64,000 nucleotides of DNA, taken from Malacoraja senta. Its lineage: Eukaryota. The position numbers and the translations under genes were made by a program. Location: the NCBI GenBank assembly GCA_038087875.1, contig JAXLNO010000446.1, positions 620,001-684,000 of the forward strand. The letters run 5' to 3'. The notes beneath the pieces are model-generated. The model was given only the letters and a program-made list of their open reading frames with translations. It had not been told where the DNA came from and made no database searches. Below, one piece after another: positions 14,081 through 25,936 of the stretch (positions within the stretch are counted from its first letter, which is position 1; each line of letters starts with the position of its first letter).

Positions 14081-15513
14081 CATAGAAACATAGAAAATAG
14101 GTGCAGGAGTAGACCATTCGGCCCTTCGAGCCTGCACCGCCATTTGATATGATCATGGCTGATCATCCAACTCAGTATCCCATCCCTGCCTTCTCTCCAT
14201 ACCCCCTGATCCCTTTAGCCACAAGGGCCACATCTAACTCCCTCTTAAATATAGCCAATGAACTGGCCTCAACTACCTTCTGTGGCAGAGAATTCCACAG
14301 ATTCACCACTCTCTGTGTAAAAAATGATTTCCTCATCTCGGTCCTAAAAGTCTTCCCTCTTATCCTTAAACTGTGACCCCTAGTTCTGGACTTCCCCAAC
14401 ATCGGGAATAATCTTCCTGCATCTAGCCTGTCCAACCCCTTAAGAATTTTGTAAGTTTCGATAAGATCCCCCCTCAGTCTTCTGAATTCCAACGTGTACA
14501 AGCCGAGTCTATCCAGTCTTTCCTCATATGAAAGTCCTGCCATCCCAGGAATCAGTCTGGTGAACCTTCTCTGTACTCCCTCTATGCCAAGAATGTCTTT
14601 CCTCAGATTAGGAGACCAAAACTGTACGCAATACTCCAGGTGTGGTCTCACCAAGACCCTGTACAACTGCAGTAGAACCTCCCTGCTCTTATACTCAAAT
14701 CCTTTTGCTATGAATGCTAACATACCATTTGCTTTCTTTACTGCCTGCTGCACCTGCATTCCTACTTTCAATGACTGGTGTACCATGACACCCAGGTCTC
14801 GTTGCATCTCCCCTTTTCCTAATCGGCCACCATTCAGATAATAGTCTACTTTCCTGTTTTTGCCACCAAAGTGGATAACCTCACATTTATCCACATTATA
14901 CTGCATCTGCCATGCCTTTGCCCACTCACCCAACCTATCCAAGTCACCTTGCAGCCTCCTAGCATCCTCCTCACAGCTAACACTGCCACCCAGCTTCGTG
15001 TCATCCGCAAGCTTGGAGATGTTGCATTCAATTCCCTCATCCAGATCATTAATATATATTGTAAATAGCTGGGGTCCCAGCACTGAGCCTTGCGGTACCC
15101 CACTAGTCACTGCCTGCCATTCTGAAAAGGACCCGTTTACTCCTACTCTTTGCTTCCTGTCTGCCAGCCAGTTCTCTATCCACATCAATACTGAACCCCC
15201 AATACCATGTGCTTTAAGTTTGTATACTAATCTCTTATGTGGAACCTTGTCGAAAGCCTTATGAAAGTCCAGATATAACACATCCACTGGTTCTCCCTTA
15301 TCCACTCTACTAGTTACATCCTCGAAAAATCCTATAAGATTCGTCAGACATGATTTACCTTTCGTAAATCCATGCTGACTTTGTCCAATGAACTCACCAC
15401 TTTCCAAATGTGCTGCTATCCCATCTTTAATAACTAGCTCCAGAATTTTCCCCACCACCGATGTTAGACTAACTGGTCTGTAATTCCCCGTTTCTCTCTC
15501 CCTCCCTTTTTAA
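14081..15513 (-). mobile_element. Young 5'-truncated CR1 LINE with uninterrupted RT ORF (428 aa)
   Basis: ORF 14172-15458 is open to its natural stop and closely similar to the 32498 element. Confidence 0.95.
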
Positions 15514-16139
15514 ACCTTTTTAGTACCGCCCCAGGTGGGGTGAGGGTGTTTCCCTGCTGTATGATTTTGACTCTAAAAACAGATTTGAAGTAAATGAAGA
15601 CAAAAGGAACTGCAGAAGCTGCAATCGGAGATTGACAGATTCTTGATTAGTGTGGGTGTCAGCGGTTATGGGGAGAAGACAGGAGAATGGGGTTGAGAGG
15701 GAGATAGACCCGCCATGATTGAATGGCGGATTAGATTTGATGGGCCGAATGGCCTAATTCTGCTGCTAGAACATGAACAATCTTGCTGATGGTATGTCAG
15801 CTGTCCAATCCCTCCACAGAATCTGCCTGATCTGCTGAGGCCAGAATCTGTGGAATCCATTGCCACACACAGCTATGGAGGCCGATATTGGATTTTTTAA
15901 AGGCAGAGATAGATAGATTCTTGATTAGTACGAGTGTCAGGGGTTATCGGGAGAAGGCAGGAGAATGGGGTTGAGAGGGAGAGATAGATCAGCCATGATT
16001 GAATGACGGAGTAGACTTGATGGGCCGAATGGCTTCATTCTGCTTCTAGAACATGAACAATCTTGCTGGAGGTACGTTGTCTTTCCATTCCCTCCACAGA
16101 TGCTGCCTGACCCGCTGAGTTCCACCAGCTCTTTGCACC

Positions 16140-16745
16140 AACAGTCTGTCTGTTTATTTGTCTTTTTTGTTATTTTTAGTGTGTGTTATAAGTTTGCGTA
16201 AATGTTCTCCGGTTTGTTTTATGTGGCTGCCTCCTCGGACTGACTTGAGCCCCACTGCGGGGTGTGGACTTAACATCGGAGCTGATCCCGTGCCTGGGAT
16301 CGATCCAACCACGGCCTGCGGACTTACTATCAAGAATTCGCAGTCTCGGGAGAAGCCGAGTCGGGAAGCTCCAACGACCCAGAGGCTCGCCCAGCCCCGA
16401 CCCAGGGTCCGATCGCCAGCGCAGGGGAGTTGACATCCCCCGATGCAGGAGCTGATCGCCCCGATGCGGAGGGCCCAAAAGCCACCGGCTACAGGAGTCA
16501 AGATCGTCCCGTCAACGGAGGGCTTGAGGCCCCTGACCACGGGAGTGCATAGAAGGGAAGAGAATTTATCATTTTTACACCTTCCATCACAGTGAGGAAT
16601 GTGGAGGAGTCACTGTGGTGGATGTTTATGTTAAAATGTATTTTGTGTGTATCGTTGCTTTTTATTTGTATGACAGATATGGCAAATGAAATTCCTCGTG
16701 TGTTGCAAAACATACTTGACTAATAAAGTAGTATTGTGATTGTGA
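16140..16745 (+). mobile_element. Non-autonomous GC-rich retroposon
   Basis: Its 3' module (ccttccatcacagtgaggaa..cactgtggtggatgtt..aataaa plus microsatellite tail) is shared with the elements at 25937-26852 (-) and about 27215-27520 (+). Confidence 0.55.
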
Positions 16746-16788
16746 ATGTGTCTCCCCTCACTGCGCAGTAGTACAGTAAGCTTTTTAC

Positions 16789-16942
16789 CCATTCATTATC
16801 ATGGCATCCAACGTGGTCTCCCCACTCTCATCTGGGCTTCCTCCAAAGCCCACTGTGCCGCGACACTGTTCCCTCTCACACAGGCTGCACCCGTTCTCCA
16901 CCGCATCCAGTGCCGACCCCTCAGAATTAACCGTCTTCCAGG
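16789..16942 (-). CDS. AGA: AGA gene B exon 2
   Basis: 154-nt exon, tag/gtaaa. Encodes [52 protein letters not shown]. Confidence 0.96.
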
Positions 16943-19065
16943 CTAGAGACACCAAACAGACAGGTTACTTCCACCCCCCCTCCAACAGGCAGTAGTCACA
17001 TCATCCAAATCATCACCAGCCTTTATAACAACACATCGGCCCTCGACAAGGGCACATTGAACTGGCTACAGCGCCTGGAGAACATTACATAACCTCTGCT
17101 GCCTCAAACACAAGAATAAGCCTTTACACCAGGAAGGCGGGCTTTATAGCGTCATAGAGCCATACAGCATGGAAGCGGCCCAACTTGCCCACATTTCCCA
17201 CCTGCCTGCATTTGGCCCATGTCCCTCCAAACCTATCCTATCCATGCATCTGTCTAAAATGTTCCTTAAACGTTGCAATAATACCTGCCTCATCTACCCC
17301 TCTGGCAGCTCGTTCCATACACCTACGACGCTTTGTGAAAAAATGTTATCCCTCAGATTCCTATTAAATCTTTCCCCCCTCATCTTAAACCCATGTCCTC
17401 TCGTGCTCGATTCCCCTACTCTGGGCAAGAGACTCTGTGCGTCTACCCGATCTATTCCTCTCATGTTTTTGTACACCTCTATAAGATCCCCCCCCCTCAT
17501 CGTCCTGCGCTGCAAGGAAGAGTTCCAGCATGCTCAACTGCTCCTTACAGCTCAGGACCTCAAGTCCTGGCAACATCCTTGTAAATCTTCTCTGCACCCT
17601 TTCCAGCTTGACAACATCTATCCTATAACATGGTGCCCGGAATAATTAGTTTATTATCGTCACTTGTGTGAGGTACAGTGAAAAAAAATTGTGTGCTATC
17701 CAGAGAAGACTATACATGATTATAGTCAAGCTGTCCTCAGTGTACAGATAAACCATAAAGTGTACAATGAAAGATAGTTTGATGGTCTCTAATGAAGAGG
17801 ATACAGGGGATTTATTACAAGGAAAAGTTGGACAGACTTGGAGAAACAAGTAACTGTAGATACTGGTTTATAAAAAAAATAGTCTGTACAATGCAGGAGC
17901 GGAATTATGCCATTCGGCCCATCGTCTATTCCACCATTGAATCATGGCTGATCTATCTTTCCCTGTAAACCCCATTCTCCTGCCTCCCCATAAACCAACA
18001 CCCTTACTAATCAAGAATCTGTCAATCTGCCTTAAAAATATCCATTGACGGCCTCCACATACTTCTGTGGCAATGAATTCCACAGATTCACCACCCTCTG
18101 ACTAAAGAAATTCCTCATCTACTTTAATTCTGAGGCTGTGACCTCTGGTCCTAGACTCTCCCACCAGTGGAAACATCCTCTCCACATCCACTCTATCCCA
18201 GCCTTTCACTTCAGTAAGTTTCATCAAACTCTTATCATATGTTAACCCACTCATTCCTGGGCTCATTCCTGTAAACCTCCTCTGGACCCTCTCTAACGCC
18301 AGCATACCCATCCTTGGGTATGGGGGCCAAAACTGCTCACAATAAGTGCTGGAAAAGAGTCTTGCTCCGAAACGTCACCTATCCATGTTCTCCACAGATG
18401 CTGCCTGACCCGCTGAGTTACTCCAGCACTTTTTTTCTTTTTTTGTAGACCAGCATCTGCAGTTCCTTATATTCACAGAGTGCTGGAGTAACTCAGCGAG
18501 TCAGGCAGCATCTGTGGAGAACATGGATAGGTGACGTTTCACAGAGCGCTGGAGTAACTCAGCGGGTCAGGCAGCATCTGTGGAGAACATGGATAGGTGA
18601 CGTTTCACAGAGTGCTGGAGTAACTCAGCGGGTCAGGCAGCATCTGTGGAGAACATGGATAGGTGACGTTTCACAGAGTGCTGGAGTAACTCAGCGGGTC
18701 AGGCTGCATCTCTGGAGAACATGGATAAGTAACGTTTCAGGTTGAGACCCTTCTTTTGTCATTTTTGTTGTGAACCAGCATCTGCAGTTCCTTGTGTCCA
18801 CTTCTGGCAAGTGAACAATGGATACATATGGAACGGGGTGAATGACAAATGGGTGACAACGTGACCGCGCCAGAGACCCGGGTTCGATCTTGACCTTGGG
18901 CGCTGAATGTGTGGAGTTTGCACGTTCACCCTGTGACCGTGTGGGTTTTCTCTGGGTGCTCTTAATTGGACCCCTGTAAATTCCCCTTGGTGGGATAACA
19001 TAGAACTAGTGTCAACGATGGTCAGCACATGGACTCGGTGGGACGAAGTGCCCGTTTCAATGCTG

Positions 19066-20106
19066 TAGGCATGTTACAAAACTTACCTTCAGTCGCGCTG
19101 TAATTCTGCCACTGGCCGTGTGTGCGATTTTGGCGCCTTTAAGGGGGGGCGGGGTTAAAACGCGGGTTTCTCCTCCCTTGTCCTGGTTAATATTTTGTTG
19201 GAGTACAAGCGTTGGTTGAAGAATTGTTCCTAGTGGCATTTTGTGTATTTTTTATTTTTATTAAATCGTCAATGTCAGCGCTAGAGTAATTTTAAAAGCA
19301 GCTTCTGAAGCGTCAACGCCGATAACGGGGACGGATTTCACACACGGGACAGGTAAACGAAAGTGGTTTCTTTAAATGTATAAAAGTGCTTCTTAAGAAG
19401 CCTTTAATTCACATTTTTTCATGCGACATTGTGATTTTATTCCCCAAATTAACGGCAGTATTTTTCATGCCAATACGGGGTTAAATTCACCGCAAATGAA
19501 CGTTCCAAACGATCGCGTTCCAGAAATCCTCACTCACAAGATGATTTAAATGCCCATTAATTTACAGGTATTAAACATTCAATTCCTTCCATTTGGCCTG
19601 TAAATTCATGAAAATGAGATTTAAAAATTATGTTATATTGTGAATTATTGTGTGAATGTTATTTGGACACTTAGGCTATTTAAAAATGTTAATCTATTCT
19701 TAAGAAATTGATAGATGTTTAGATCTAGTAATTGAATTTTGTAATTAGCTACAATTAGGTAACTAACTAATTATATGCTTTACTTTCATGTCTTCTAAGT
19801 AAGATTGTTTCATATTTGTTTCAGAATGCTTCAATCTATAATAACTGAAAATTTCTTTCAGTTATCTTAATTTTTAAGAAAGTTATGGGCTTTTGACTGT
19901 CCTCGATCACAGCTTTTGTGTTAAGTCAATGGAAAAGCAATAGGGAACAAGATGCTAATTTCCGAGTATGAAAATGGCCATAACTTCTTTAATACTGAAG
20001 ATATGAAAGTGAATTAGGTGTTAAATTAAACTTCTTTTTATGCTTTATCTGATGGGATAAATTGCAGACTTTAATTTTTAAATCTCAAAATTTTGTAACA
20101 TTGCTA
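19066..20106. mobile_element. Non-autonomous DNA transposon, 16-bp imperfect TIR, 7-bp TSD (aatgctg)
   Basis: Ends taggcatgttacaaaa and ttttgtaacattgcta. The empty site is visible in the paralogous unit at about 31155 (gtttcaatgctgtgtctgaac). Confidence 0.85.
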
Positions 20107-23100
20107 AATGCTGTGTCTGTGAACTAGACTAAAATATCAAGCATGGGCGCAGGGAAGGGAGAGAGAGCGGGGGAAGAAGAGGGTGAGGACAGGGAAGGGA
20201 GAAGAGGAGAGGGAGGAGAGGATAAGATAAGATAAGATATACCTTTAATAATCCTTTGCAGGAAATTACAATGCCACGACAGCTTCAAGACAGACATAAC
20301 ACCACAAATAGCTTCCATACTTAACAAGTTAAAATACAAGTTAAAATACAAGTTAAAATACAATTAATTTTTAAAAAGTGCAGTTATTTATGCGCATTAT
20401 ATAACCTTATCGCAGCTGGTAAACAGGACTTCCTATGTCTCTCCGTTTTGCACATTGGTGCAATCAGTCACTGACTGAAGCTGCTGCTCTTGATCACCTT
20501 CAGGGCATGGAGTGGGTGAGTGGGGTTGGTCATTATTGAACCCAGTTTTTTCAGAGTTCTGGCCTCTGCCACCTGCTGGACCGTTCGTTGCTCAGCCCCG
20601 ACCACTGAGCCGGCCTTCCTGATCAGTTTGTCCAGTCTGTTTTTGTCCGCTATGCGAGCGCCATCTCCCCAACAGGCCACCGCAAAAAACAGAGCACTGG
20701 CCACCACTGAATGGTAGACACTGCACAGTAGGGGTTGGCAGATGTTAAATGCCCTCAGCCTCCTTAAAAAATACATTCGGCTTTGTCCCTTCCTGTACAC
20801 CGCCTCCATATGACACTTCCAGTCCAGCTCCCTGTCAAGCTGCACACCTAGGTACCTGTGGTTAGCGACCACCTCCACCTCAGTGCCCTTAATGGTGATT
20901 GGTGTTGCTTGAGTCTTCCTCCTCCCCCTCCTGAAGTCCACAACTATCTCCTTGGTTTTTGTGGTGTTAAGATGGAGGTTATTGAGTGCACTCCACTCCA
21001 CAAAGTTACTTATTATGTCTCTGTACTCCTCCTCATTGCCCCCTTTAATGAGGCCGACAACAGCTGTGTCATCCGAAAACTTCTGCAAAAAGCAGCTGTT
21101 GGTGTTATATCGGAGATCCGCTGTGTAGATGGTAAAATGAATGGAGCCAGCACAGTTCCTTGTGGAGCCCCTGTGCTGCTCAAGATGGTGCTTGAGACAT
21201 TGTTGTTCTGTAGGCGCACGTACTGTGGTCTGAGGGAAAGGTAATCCAAACACCACAGTACCAGTGATGGATCCACTTTCATCTTCTCCATCTTCTCCCC
21301 TAGCAATCGGGGCTGAATTGTGTTGAAGGCGCTTGAAAAGTCAAAAAATGTAATCCTTACAGATGCATCAGTGGTGTCCAAATGTGTGTACACCCTCTGC
21401 AGTATGTAAATGAGGGCATCATCGACACTGATGTTAGGCTGATATGCAAACTGTAAAGGATCCATTTGATTTGACACACTAGTCCTGATGTAGGAAAGGA
21501 CAAGTCTCTCAAATGTCTTCATAATATGTGAAGTGAGCGCTACTGGTCTGTAGTCATTGTGGTGAGTGGGATGGGTCTTCTTTGGGACAGGTACCAGGCA
21601 AGATGTTTTCCACAGCCTTGGAACCTTCTGTAGACGCAAGCTCAGGTTGAACAGGTGTGTTAGAATACCACACAGCTCTGAAGAGCAGGTCTTCAGTAGC
21701 CTTGGGCTGGTGTCATCAGGCCCCACTGCTTTCCCTGGCTTAAGTCTGTCCAGCATCATCTTGACCTGAGCAGTATGAAGAGTCATAGGTGGAGCTGCTG
21801 GTGGAGTGGGAGGTGGAAAGTGGGGACTCCGTACAGGTGACATCTCAGGAGTGATGGGGATGATGGAGAGAGGGAGAGGAAGTGGAGAGGAAGCAGCAAT
21901 GGTCAGCAGACCAGGTGGTGGGGGCTGGGGTGGTGTGGGGCAGTCAAATCTGTTGAAAAATCTGTTGAGATCATCAGCCAGACTCTGTTCACCATCAGGC
22001 AGTGTACCACCCTTCTGCTTCATGCCCGTGATCTTTCGCATTCCAGCCCATACCTGCTTCACCCCATCTTGCTGCAGCTGTCGTTCTAATTTGAGCCTAT
22101 AGTCTTCCTTCCCCTCCTTAATCCTCACCTTCAGTTCCTTTTGAAGTTCTTTGATTTTATTCCTGTCGCCCTCCCTGAAAGCCTTTTTCTTCTCATTTAG
22201 TAAGGCCTTCAGGCTGCTGGTAATCCACGGTTTGTTATTAGGGTAGCAACGAATTACCCTGGATGGCATGATGTCATCATAACAGAAATTGATGTAATGG
22301 GTAATGCATTCTGTTAGTCCGTCAATGTCTTCCCCATACTCCCCACAGAACACATCCCAATCTGTTGTCTCAAAACAGTACCTCAGGGCTTCATCTGCCT
22401 CAGGATACCAGTCTCTTGATGTTCTGGTGGTGACAGGCAGCCTCTTGGCAGCTGGGGTGTAGGAGGGAGAGAGATGTAGCATGTCGTGGTCTGATCGACC
22501 AAGAGGGGTCAGTGCAGTACATTTGTATGCATTTTTCACATTTGCATACAAAAGATCCAGCGTTTTATCACCTCTGGTTGTACAGTCAATAAACTGTTTA
22601 AAAGTGGGCAAAGTCTTAGAGAGACAGACATGGTTGTAATCTCCAGACACAACAATGAACGCCCCTGGGTACTTGGACTGGAGTCCCGCTATAGTGGTGT
22701 GCAGCACGTCACACGCGACTTCCGCCTTGGCAGATGGAGGAATATAAACAACAATGGCTACCACCACAGTGAACTCCCTGGGTAGGTAATATGGTCTTAA
22801 ACTAACCGCTAAAAGTTCAATGTCCTTGTTGCATATCCGTTCTTTGATAGTAGCGTGATTAGGGTTACACCACTTGTTGTTGACGAGCATTAAAAGCCCC
22901 CCCTCCTTTCTGCTTACCGCTCGCTCCGGTGTCCCTGTCCGCTCGTATCGTCCTGAAGCCGGTGAAACTGATCAAAGAATCGGGCGTGTGTTCCGTCAGC
23001 CACGTCTCTGTCAGGCTAACAATGCTGCTCTCCCGGTACACTTTCTGGTACCCGACCAGGGTTTCTAATTCGTCTAATTTGTTCGTTAGACAGCGAACAT

Positions 23101-23139
23101 TTCCCATGGTGATAGATGGAAGGGCTGGTTTGAAAGTCT

Positions 23140-24850
23140 TAAAGAAGGAACTGCAGATGCTGGAAAATCGAAGGTACACAAAAATGCTGGAGAAACTCAG
23201 CGGGTGCAGCAGCATCTATGGAGCGAAGGAAATAGGTAACGTTTCGGGCCGAAACCCTTCTTCAGACTGATAGGGGGTGGGGAGAAGAAAGGAAAAAAGG
23301 AAAAGGAGGAGGAGGAGCCCGAGGGCTGGGGGAGGGGCGGAGACAACCAGATGGCTGATGAAGGGGAGGGGACAGCCAGGGCTAGCAGAATTGGGAGAAT
23401 TCAACGTTCAGGCCACCAGGATGTAGACTGCCCAAGCGGAATATGAGGTGCATTTCCTCCAATTTACGGTGTTGCTCGCTGTGGCCATGGAGGAGACCCA
23501 GGACAGAGAGGTCAGATACGGAATGGGAGGGGGAGTTGAAGTGCTGAGCCACCGGGAGTTCAGGTTGGTTATTGCGGACCGACCGGAGGTGTTCGGCGAA
23601 ACGATCGCCAAGCCTCCGCTTGGTCTCACCGATGTAGATCAGCTGGCATCTAGAGCAGCGAATGCAATAGATGAGGTTGGAGGAGATGCAGGTGAACCTC
23701 TGTCGCACCTGGAACGACTGCTTGGGTCCTGGAATGGAGTGGAGGGGGGAAGTGAAGGGACAAGTGTTGCATCTCTTGCGGTTGCAAGGGAAAGTACCAG
23801 GGGAGGGGGTGGTATGGGAGGGAAGGGAAGAATTGACAAGGGAGTTACGGAGGGAGCGGTCTTTGCGGAAGGCAGACATAGGGGGAGATGGGAAGATGTG
23901 GCGAGTGGTGGGGTCACGTTGGAGGTGGCGAAACGGGGGTTCCCCTCCTCCACCATAGATGAGGCTCGCACCAGGGTCTCTGCCATACCCCGCAACACTG
24001 CTCTCTCTCCCCATCCCCCCACTCACAACAAAGGCAGAGTCCCCCTAGTCCTCACCTTTCACCCCACCAGCCGTCACATACAACAAGTGATCCTCCGTCA
24101 GTTTCGCCACCTCCAACGTGACCCCACCACTCGCCACATCTTCCCATCTCCCCCTATGTCTGCCTTCCGCAAAGACCGCTCCCTCCGTAACTCCCTTGTC
24201 AATTCTTCCCTTCCCTCCCATACCACCCCCTCCCCTGGTACTTTCCCTTGCAACCGCAAGAGATGCAACACTTGTCCCTTCACTTCCCCCCTCCACTCCA
24301 TTCCAGGACCCAAGCAGTCGTTCCAGGTGCGACAGAGGTTCACCTGCATCTCCTCCAACCTCATCTATTGCATTCGCTGCTCTAGATGCCAGCTGATCTA
24401 CATCGGTGAGACCAAGTGGAGGCTTGGCGATCGTTTCGCCGAACACCTCCGGTCGGTCCGCAATAACCAACCTGAACTCCCGGTGGCTCAGCACTTCAAC
24501 TCCCCCTCCCATTCCGTATCTGACCTCTCTGTCCTGGGTCTCCTCCATGGCCACAGCGAGCAACACCGTAAATTGGAGGAAATGCACCTCATATTCCGCT
24601 TGGGCAGTCTGAACGTTGAATTCTCCCAATTTTGCTAGCCCTGGCTGTCCCCTCCCCTTCATCAGCCATCTGGTTGTCTCCGCCCCTCCCCCAGCCCTCG
24701 GGCTCCTCCTCCTCCTTTTCCTTTTTTCCTTTCTTCTCCCCACCCCCTATCAGTCTGAAGAAGGGTTTCGGCCCGAAACGTTACCTATTTCCTTCGCTCC
24801 ATAGATGCTGCTGCACCCGCTGAGTTTCTCCAGCATTTTTGTGTACCTTC
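23140..24850. mobile_element. Penelope-like element, inverted (fold-back) insertion with GIY-YIG endonuclease C-terminus
   Basis: NLIYCIRCSRCQLIYIGET..RFAEH..VAQHFN..LEEMHLIFRLGSL is encoded on both strands. Arms are about 23140-23930 and 24102-24850. TSD (c)tggtttgaaagtct at 23125 and 24850. Confidence 0.92.
24755..24782 (+). ncRNA. Minimal type I hammerhead ribozyme motif in Penelope terminal repeat
   Basis: CUGAAGA-A-GGGU-UUCG-GCCC-GAA-ACGU-U: conserved core, UUCG-capped stem II and palindromic ACGU stem III. Mirror copy at 23238-23265 (-). Confidence 0.65.
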
Positions 24851-25364
24851 TGGTTTGAAAGTCTCTCTCCATGTTCTCGTCAGTCTCCTCTTGTTTCTCT
24901 TCACCCCTGCACGCGTTCCCCGATGTCTCCTCTGTAAGAGTTCCCTCGATATGGCATGTCGAATCCCGAATATTGAGCCATGTACCAGGCTTAGTAGTTC
25001 CTGACGGGAATATACCACGGCAGTTTGCTCCGCCCGTCTGGCTGATATCAGGCACATATTTTCCGCTCCACTCCCGTTCCCCCAGATTAGTATGGTTAAG
25101 TCTTGATTAAGAGCTCAACAACATGCAATAATTGTAGCTATAATACTTATATGTAATCTACTAAAACACTAACTAAGCATACACACTAATAATCCTATAT
25201 AATACTAAATAAATATACACTACACACAGCTGCATGCGACAGGCTGCCATTTTCCGAGAGGAGAGGGAGGGCAGCGACCACACTGCAGGGTGAGGGAACT
25301 TGGGGAGAGGGAGAAGTAGGTGGCTAGAGCAATGCACGGCGCTGGGAGCGAGCGCTGTACTCAC

Positions 25365-25509
25365 CTTGCTCGGCAGCCTCCCGGTACGGCCAGGTACACA
25401 GAACCAGCGGGAGGAGGTGCTCTCCCCACGGCCCATCCACCGTGCAGCAGCCGCCCAGCGCCAAAGCCAGCACCGCCGCTGCAACACGCTGCCACAGCCC
25501 CATGGGCAT
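25365..25509 (-). CDS. AGA: AGA gene B exon 1, proximal copy (signal peptide plus first beta strand)
   Basis: gccATGcccATGg start. Encodes MPMGLWQRVAAAVLALALGGCCTVDGPWGEHLLPLVLCTWPYREAAEQ, then G|gtgagt (phase 1, fits exon 2). Matches human LPLVVNTWPFKNATEA. Confidence 0.88.
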
Positions 25510-25649
25510 GGCAGGCAGCGTCCGGCAACACACACACAGCCTGAGCGGTGCACCGATCCCCGTGGAACCACCCGTGCAATGCTCAGCCTCAATATAATGC
25601 TCAGCTCCCGAACGATGCACCGATCCCCGTGCAACGCCCCGGCTCCTGC

Positions 25650-25685
25650 ACCATTCCAATAGACAGGGCGTTCCCCGCCCCCTGC
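25650..25685 (-). promoter_or_regulatory. CCAAT plus GC-box promoter elements upstream of proximal exon 1
   Basis: ccaat and ccccgcccc in a CpG-rich stretch about 150 nt upstream of the ATG; retained in the distal copy. Confidence 0.45.
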
Positions 25686-25936
25686 AATGATCTCCACCCT
25701 AAGATGCCCCGGGGCATTAGACCGTCAGCCCAGTGACATTAGCCAGGTTAGACCAAAGATCATAGATGAACTAGGTACCAATGTCTGACTATGGGAGTGT
25801 GTAGGGGGTCACCTGAAATGAACGGAATTGGGAGTCTGCCGGGTACCATCCGCTGCCTGTATACCTGGGGGACTCCACAGGGACCAAAAAATGGGTGCTA
25901 AATAGATGAGTGAGGTACAACTTGAAATATATCAAT

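Larger units (their letters stand above)
20217..25256 (-). mobile_element. Full-length Rex-Babar (Rex1-like) LINE, interrupted by a Penelope element
   Basis: APE motifs (GNVRCLTNKLDEL, LTETWL, VSGDYNH) and RT motifs (DPLQFAY, FFDFSSAFNTIQP, TGAPQGTVLAP, KFSDDT) across ORFs 24785-25057, 22865-23215, 21013-22890 and 20468-21256. (tctta)n tail; candidate TSD agaggagagggagg at 20203 and 25257. Confidence 0.88.

Noticed and set aside
19081..19140. Apparent AGA exon 1 end (..WQNYSATE G|gtaagt)
   Set aside because: It lies inside a TIR/TSD-bounded transposon and has no signal peptide; better exon 1 copies exist at 25365 and 31327.
23448..24638. 396-aa ORF as a novel gene
   Set aside because: The N-terminal half is the antisense reading of the inverted Penelope arm; only the C-terminal GIY-YIG part is real coding sequence.
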